Source of the DNA: Octopus sinensis | Lineage: Eukaryota | Assembly (NCBI RefSeq): GCF_006345805.1 | Contig: NC_043007.1 | Span: forward strand, 50,592,001-50,656,000 | Length of the DNA stretch: 64,000 nucleotides | Direction of reading: 5' to 3' | Shown here: positions 56,966 through 64,000 of the stretch, in pieces | Layout of the letters: each line of letters starts with the position of its first letter | Position numbering within the stretch: the stretch's first letter is position 1 | Program-made: the position numbers and the translations under genes | The notes under the pieces: model-generated | What the model was told of the DNA's origin: nothing | Database searches by the model: none | The model's input: only the letters and a program-made list of their open reading frames with translations

Positions 56966-57562
56966 TATTTTCAGTCACTAGCTATGATTGATATTTTCAA
57001 CTTCAAAATGATCATAATCACTATCAACATGATCACCACCAGTACTATCCACATCATCACTTCCACCACTACTGTTATCATAATCATCATAATCATCCTC
57101 ATTATTATTATCATCATTATCATCATCATCATCAGCAGCAGCAGCAGCTGCAGTATCGAGATTACAATAAATGAATTTAACTACTCCGTTATACCTTTGG
57201 TATTTTCTGCCTGGTGACGAGTGTTCGAACTACTGACTCCTCGACTAGTTACCTAGGGCTTTTTCTCACACCTATCAGCTGATAGTTGAGCCTAACCACG
57301 TCGTTGTGAAATAAAAGTTAAATCTCTTACAAAATACAAAAATACATTTGTAATACAGAAGGATCCTGGATAATATACTCAACGTCTAAATCGAAAACTG
57401 AGTAGTTATATTTGTACACCTTTGGTCTGCTTGATCAGGACTGACTCATGTTAAACAACAACAATTAGCCACTAATCGCCTCTCTCAGATTAAGGCCGAT
57501 TATGTTAATCTATCACCGGAACAATATGTTCATGTTGTTTAATATTATGTGTAGTAGTTGTG

Positions 57563-57740
57563 AAGACGGCGAGCTGGCAGAATGGTTAGCACGCCTGGCA
57601 AAACACTCGAAATTCCGCCGGGGTCGACTTTGCCTTACATCATTTCTGAGTCGATAAAATAAGTACCAGTTGAACACGGGGTTGAGGTAATCAGTTCATT
57701 CCATCCCCAAAATTGCTGGCCTTGTGTTAAAATGAGAAAG
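57563..57740 (+). mobile_element. SINE family A
   Basis: aagacggcgagctggcagaatggttagcacgcc...ggccttgtgttaaaatgagaa. Confidence 0.75.
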
Positions 57741-58069
57741 CAATATTATTAGTTGTTGTATTTGATGTTTTCTAGTGTTGTTAGAGCAAGAGAATTTGGT
57801 AGGTGCTGCCTTAATTTGTTGATTTGGAATCAGATTTCTTTGATTCGTGCAGGGCTTGTAATAGCTAGGTAGGTGAATGTGGTGATTAATGGGGAATATG
57901 AATATAATGCCATTTGCGTATGAGGCCGTATATCTTTTGATAGGGTATGGGAAGGTCATACTGGTACTGGCTTAAAATAGTATGTGAGACGACGGATCTT
58001 TCTAATATACCGTTCAGTGAGTTACAATTTTTGGAAGAGTTATTTGTGTAGACTAAATAATGTGGGTGA

Positions 58070-58230
58070 AGGCGCAAGGCCTAATGGTTAAGATTTTAAG
58101 CTCATGAACATAATCTCCTAAATTCGATATCTGGACCAAGTGGTACGTTGTCCTTGAGCAAGGCACTTTATTTTATGCTGCTCGAAACTACTCAGTAGAA
58201 AATGGGTACAAGCCAATTGATGGGGTAGCT
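58070..58230 (+). mobile_element. tRNA-like SINE family E, degenerate
   Basis: ggcgcaaggcctaatggttaag...aattcgat...ccttgagcaaggcacttt. Confidence 0.5.
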
Positions 58231-58678
58231 GTTTTTATTCCTCTTTCTAGCTGTTAAATACATATTGTTCCTCAAGGTCAGAGGTGGGAATGCTTAGATG
58301 TCTGTAGTTGTCCTCGACTACATGGGCACCTTAAACAATCAGTAAAAGCATGACACAAGCTATAAGTTAATACTCGCTTGTGATTGACAGCTATACATAT
58401 TAGCTTGGTGATGTGACAGTTTGCTAGGCTTTATTTTCTGTTGAATATTATATGTATAACGGATAGCAGGCAATGGAGACGACATACTGTACATTGTAAA
58501 AAAGGAGAGCTGCACTTGGTACGTTTATGAAGAATGTATGCATGTTTGTGCAAGGATGTGTTGGTGTGTTGAGGATTGAAAGCGTAAAAAGGTTTATGGT
58601 CTTTCTTCTCATTTAATACTCATATTACCTCTGAACCAGAATGGGTTGTAAGCATTACTGAGCATATATCCAATATAT

Positions 58679-58744
<66 letters not shown>

Positions 58745-58843
58745 TATATGTATATATATAAGTATTCATATATATATAAATGCGTATATATACCTATATA
58801 TGTGTTTGTGTATTTACGCACGAATATACTTACATATGTATAC

Positions 58844-58877
<34 letters not shown>

Positions 58878-58883
58878 TTATTC

Positions 58884-58958
<75 letters not shown>

Positions 58959-58966
58959 TATATATA

Positions 58967-59860
58967 ATTTAACGGATAGAACAGAACTGCTTATACCGTG
59001 TGAACCTAGGATTAATCACAAAAGGAATTTCATGGAAAACCCGTCAGTAAAGCTTAAGTCAGATATTGGCCGACTTAGTAAATCTATCCTTGATATTGTT
59101 CTACCCCAAATAACCCCGCTTCTTCTCTTAAGTCTATGGATAAATACCGATGAGGTATTAAAATGGTTTAACCCCCTAACCAATACTAATAATCTGGCCT
59201 TTATTCAATTTGACATAAACAACTATTACTCTAGTATTTCCCCTATTCTTTTAAATATTCGCTATGAATCGCTCCCTCATATCTAGAGAGGAAATAGACA
59301 TTGTACTCTTAGCTAGAAAAACATTTATAGAGTTTGAGGGAAAATTATGGACCAGAGCAGATACCCCTAATAATTTCGATATACCCATGGGCTCCAGTGA
59401 TTCGGCTGAGGTGACTAATTTAGTAGGCGCATATCTTTTAAAATGCATAAAAAAGGAGATCCCTGAATTACAAAGTGGTCTATATAGAGATGATGCTTTG
59501 TTTGTTATCCCTAGTAATAATAAATCGAACATTGAAAGGATTAGAAAGAAAATTAATAGGTTCTTTAAAGATTTCAACCTTAGCATAACCTATGAACCAG
59601 GCACTAAAATAGTCAATTTCCTAGATATTACTTTAGACCTTAACTCTAAGCTACATTACCCATTTAGAAAGGAAGGTGAAATCACTAGTTACGTAAATAA
59701 ATTATCCAATCATCCTCCAAATATAATTAAATCGTGGTTAGAAATATTTCCCTAAGAATCTAAATTATCATCCAATTTTGATATATTTAACTCCCATTCA
59801 GAGCATTATAATGCGGCGTTATCTAAGGCAGGATACAACCAAAAAATTACCTTTATTGAA
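58967..59860 (+). pseudogene. PLE reverse transcriptase, frameshifted
   Basis: HKRNFMENP..KSDIGRLSKSILD; FIQFDINNYYSSIS; PMGSSDSAEVTNLVG; GLYRDD (YRDD at 59483-59494); VNFLDITLDL; YVNKLSNHPPNII. Confidence 0.9.
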
Positions 59861-60290
59861 AAAGAGAACTTACATATTCCTAATAAAAGAAGTAACAATA
59901 ACTACGTAAACAACAATAGTGATCACGCCAGAAATAAAAGTAGAAGTAGATAGATTTAATGTGACATCAAATCTAAATAGAAATGAGAACAAAGATAAGA
60001 ACATAGACCAAAACACAGGTAACTCGGATAGGATAATTTTAGATAAAACAAAGAAACATGAAATTAGTAACATTGATAAAGAGAACTTACATATTCCTAA
60101 TAAAAGTAGTAACAATAGCCACGTAAACAACAATAGAGATCACACCAGAAATAAAAGTAGAAGTAGATTTACGATGACAACAAATCTAAATGAAAATAGG
60201 AATAATGATAAGAACATAGACCAGAACATAGTTAATACGGATAAGATAAATTTAGATAATGCAAAGAGGCATGCAAATAGGAACATTAAT
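59861..60290 (+). repeat. Tandem duplication inside the PLE ORF (units at 59861 and 60078)
   Basis: aaagagaacttacatattcctaataaaag recurs at a 217-bp spacing. The first unit has an extra 4 nt (agtagatagattt vs agtagattt), so the unit is 213 nt = 71 codons. Confidence 0.88.
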
Positions 60291-60806
60291 ATACACAACG
60301 ACTCTGGTGAAAATAGGAATGATTCAACTAACCCCAATTCTAATTCTAGGAAATTTAATAAGAAGGATATAATGTGGTTAAATATTCCTTTCAACTGTGC
60401 GATTCTATCGGATATTCAGAGTAGATTCAAAATAATTCTGGAAAAGAACTTCCCAACCTCCCATAGATATCATAAAATTATTTCTAAAAAAACGGTCAGA
60501 ATTTCTTATTCAACCCTCCCAAATATGTCCACTTTAATAGCTAAGATCAATAATAATAACATTAAACTAGCCAGAAAAAAATTTAAATAATAACATTAGG
60601 AATACAAATGGCAATTGTAGTAACATTACCGAAAGTAATAATAGCCACAATAATAATAATAACTATCATAACATAGGTATAACCAATAGCCATAGAATAG
60701 CTAGAAATAATAATAATACAAATAGAAACAATTATGTTAATAATATGAATAATATCAATAGGGAAAATACGAGAATGAAGACAACAATGATATCTATAGT
60801 AACAGT

Positions 60807-61499
60807 ATGCTTTTAGAAACTAATACTGGCAATAATAGTAGCAATACCAATAATGTTAGTAATTATGGTAGGACTATAGAATTAAGTGATAGTGTAGAAA
60901 GACCGACAAATGATAATACTGCTTTAGATAACAACATTAACTATAATAACGATAACACTATTTTAGATAGTAACAGTAACCATAATAACGTAAAATATAC
61001 TCAGAATGTTTTGAATAGCAGTAATATGAGACATCTATCCTTGAGTAATTCCTCATCAGAAAATGACCCCCCTAGGTGTAACTGTAGAATTAGATCAAAA
61101 TGCCCGGCACCTGGTCTATGCGGGTTAAATAACGTAATCTATAAATGTACCATAACAACAGAGAATAACAAATATATTTATTTAGGGTGTACTATAAATT
61201 TTAAGAAACGTATTAGTAATCATCTCTCTTCTTTCAAATTACGTCATAAAGCTGATAGCACCACACTTTCAAGTAAGATCTGGGAACTAAAAAACAGTAA
61301 TATTAAGTATAACCTTAATTGGGAATTAGTTAGGAAAGCAATACCTTATAAAAATAGCAGAGTTGGTTGTCAACTTTGCTCCATGGAAACATTTGAAATA
61401 CTAATGCATAGAAGAAATGAAAATTTATTGAATAACCGTATAGAACTGGCTCTCTCTTGTATTCACGCTAGGACTAAGACTCTAAAATATTTAAAATGA
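60807..61499 (+). pseudogene. PLE GIY-YIG endonuclease (this segment open)
   Basis: CNCRIRSKC (CxCx5C, ~61077); VIYKC...YIYLGCTINFKKRISNH; CQLC; LLNNRIELALSCIH (CCHH-type residues). Confidence 0.9.
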
Positions 61500-62623
61500 T
61501 AACAGTATATAACAATCATTTTGTGATTTTTCTATCTTGCTTATACTAATAATGCAATACTCTTATATATTATATATTATATATTTAATTAGATAGCTGC
61601 GGGCTCATGGGCTATGGTTATTTTCTCTCTAAATGTACCAGGTTTGAAACATAAAGAAATAAATTAGTTACAAATAAATTTTCATTCTAATAGGCTATAT
61701 AAATAATTTAAATTAATTCTATCTAATTTTTTTTATCTAATGTAGGTAATCCAACTTATAGCAAATTAGTTAATTAATTAAGTAGACTTCGTAGTTCTTT
61801 TATATACTACTAGTAAATATTGCTAATCCCATAAAAATAATATAACGTTTTTTCATTATGAAAAACAACTCACAATCCTTTCTTTTGACCCCTTAATGTA
61901 ATCCTAAAGTATGCCATCGTATTATTAGTAGTAACATTAATAAATAAAGAAATTAATTAAATAACCTCCTTTCTAGTTTTGCACTGAAATCTGTTAATCT
62001 TTTTTCCTATAGTGACAACCTTTGACTCTTCTTTACCTTCCCATATCCTCCTTATATAGCAATTAACGATGATATTTGGTCAAGATTAGCATTCCTCCTC
62101 AAAGCTCTTTGATTCTTGCAAATTCTGTTTAGTCAATTCGTCTCCACTGAAATAAACTACTCTACATAGTTGGACAATTACATCCCCTTCCCCTCTTAGT
62201 TACTTTAATATACCCTATGTGAGGGAATGTCTCCACACTTCACTAACCCTCCTTCAACAAATTTCTAACATAGCAGTTTGAAGAAATTCTCAGAAAGGTA
62301 ACCAATATATATCATCACACATCAGGAAACACACTTTATTATGGACTAATTATGGATAAATGCATATTCTGTGAGTATGATACCTCTCCTTATATCTCCA
62401 GAATTCAAACTTTCTTCAATATGGATGGATTTATATTTTCAATTTCATTTTCATTTTCTGGAAAACTAAGAGGTTTTTTAAAATACTTTTTTAAAACCCG
62501 TTAAAACACTAAAAGAACTTTCAGAAGTCCATTTGTTACCTAATTCTTATTTTTATAGAACTATCACCAATGTTTCAGGAGTGTAACATCACCCCCTTAG
62601 ATGTTTGGAGAACTCGTGTGTTT

Positions 62624-62712
62624 TTTCGGCTGATGAGTACGGGTCACTTATATTTACTGCAATATTTGCAGCCTTAATAAAGCTGTCTTCGTACGAAACA
62701 ATTGTACCGAAA
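62624..62712 (+). ncRNA. Type I hammerhead ribozyme, core intact
   Basis: Helix I TTTCGG/CCGAAA; CTGATGA; helix II GTACG/CGTAC; GAAA; helix III AC-aatt-GT (palindrome ACAATTGT); GUA triplet, predicted cleavage after 62706. Confidence 0.88.
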
Positions 62713-62744
62713 TATTAATCTATTCTTGTTGCTTTTTTCTTATG

Positions 62745-62796
<52 letters not shown>

Positions 62797-62823
62797 AGAA
62801 AAAGCAACAAGAATAGATCAATA

Positions 62824-62912
62824 TTTCGGTACAATTGTTTCGTACGAAGACAGCTTTATTAAGGCTGCAAATATTGCAGTAAATATAAGTGACCCGTACT
62901 CATCAGCCGAAA
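62824..62912 (-). ncRNA. Second copy of the hammerhead, inverted
   Basis: Reverse complement of 62624-62712. Confidence 0.88.
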
Positions 62913-63111
62913 AAACACATGAGTTCTCCAAACATCTAAGGGGGTGATGTTACACTCCTGAAACATTGGTGATAGTTCTATGAAAATAAGAATTAGGTAA
63001 CAAATGGACTTCTGAAAGTTCTTTTAGTGTTTTAACGGGTTTTAAAAAAGTATTTTAAAAAACCTCTTAGTTTTCCAGAAAAGGAAAATGAAATTGAAAA
63101 TATAAATCCAT

Positions 63112-63221
<110 letters not shown>

Positions 63222-63379
63222 ACACGTACACACAGACATATATGAATATATACGCTCTGTCGTTGACTGAAACCACTAAATGTCACTAATATATTGGGGA
63301 AGATATACGTGACCAATGATCCTCAAGTTTCTTCAAACAAAACTAGTATGGAATCAACTTGCTACAAATATATATATAT

Positions 63380-64000
63380 ATAGAAATACAATAAGAGGCT
63401 TCCAAATAGGAAAGCCTTGTGCTAGAAAGAGCAGTAGAAGACTCAAAACCACCAAATAAAGATAAATTTTCGAAAGGAATGAAAATTAAAAACGTCTACC
63501 ATCTCAGTTATTTCCCAGACCATAGTTTCTAACTATTTCCAGCAAAAAAAATATTTGCTGAAGGCCAGTTTCATCTGGGACAGCCTTTCGATTTCAAATA
63601 CACAACACAGCCATATGTAAAGCTAACTGCTTGTATATTCTAACTTTAGACCACTGCGAAGACGCAGATTATACCCGGCGACAGAGAGGATGCCGGTAAA
63701 AATTTCGAACAAATTTATCAGAGAATATTTAAACATAATAAATAATAATAGGGTAATAAGAAATTATTATTACCAGTGGCCTAGCACAAAAACGAATTAG
63801 TCATTAGACTATATATTATTCACATAGAAATACAATAAGAGGCTTCCAAATAGGAAAGCCTTTTTTTTTTGCTGGAAATAGTTAGAAACCATGGTCTGGG
63901 AAATAACTGAGATGGTAAACATTTTTAATTTTCATTCCTTTCGAAAATTTATCCTTATTTGGTGGTTTTGAGTCTTTTACTGCTCTTTCTAGCACAAGGC
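63380..64000. repeat. 39-bp direct repeat plus ~137-bp inverted repeat, running to the window edge
   Basis: 63380-63418 = 63824-63862. 63414-63550 is the reverse complement of ~63863-64000 with ~5 differences. Confidence 0.9.

Larger units (their letters stand above)
58967..62746 (+). mobile_element. Penelope-like element with C-terminal GIY-YIG (probably Hydra clade), 5'-truncated, inserted in (TA)n
   Basis: RT and EN motifs as in the two sub-features, a 1.25-kb 3' UTR ending in a hammerhead, and (TA)n on both sides. Confidence 0.88.

Noticed and set aside
57740-58050. Possible fourth RLE LINE 3' end (minus strand)
   Set aside because: Only a faint QK..LT....RK resemblance; too degenerate to call.
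59861-60290. Repeats as a CRISPR array
   Set aside because: Two long units inside an ORF, no spacers, eukaryotic context.
59755-61499. Selenocysteine recoding as in Naiad PLEs
   Set aside because: The EN is C-terminal, its Cys codons are ordinary TGT/TGC, and the breaks are frameshifts rather than in-frame TGA.

Overview
Eukaryotic, AT-rich DNA that is extremely dense in microsatellites. It is most likely intergenic or intronic sequence from an octopus: the SINE families match my recollection of Octopus repeats, but no database search was run. I cannot support any host protein-coding gene, tRNA, rRNA or CRISPR array. Most of the supplied ORF track is translated (TA)n/(CA)n/(AAT)n/(GATA)n. 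The real content is layered transposable-element remnants: three Penelope-like element (PLE) coding relics, several PLE 3' ends with hammerhead-ribozyme (HHR) motifs, Tx1/L1, R4/Dong-type, CR1-type and RTE LINE fragments, pogo, mariner and two Tc1 relics, and about five SINE-like families. The best signal is at 58967-63117. It is a 5'-truncated, frameshifted PLE (RT + CxCx5C linker + GIY-YIG) with two large Asn-rich expansions. Its 3' end carries a structurally complete type I hammerhead and is duplicated tail-to-tail across a (TA)n run, forming an ~328-bp-arm palindrome with two hammerheads. Related (TA)n-associated inverted repeats recur at 5.9 kb and 24.4 kb. Different TE clades sit in different microsatellite types. 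These are mostly variants of known TE biology rather than a clearly new system. Coordinates of degenerate elements are approximate (about +/-20-50 bp).
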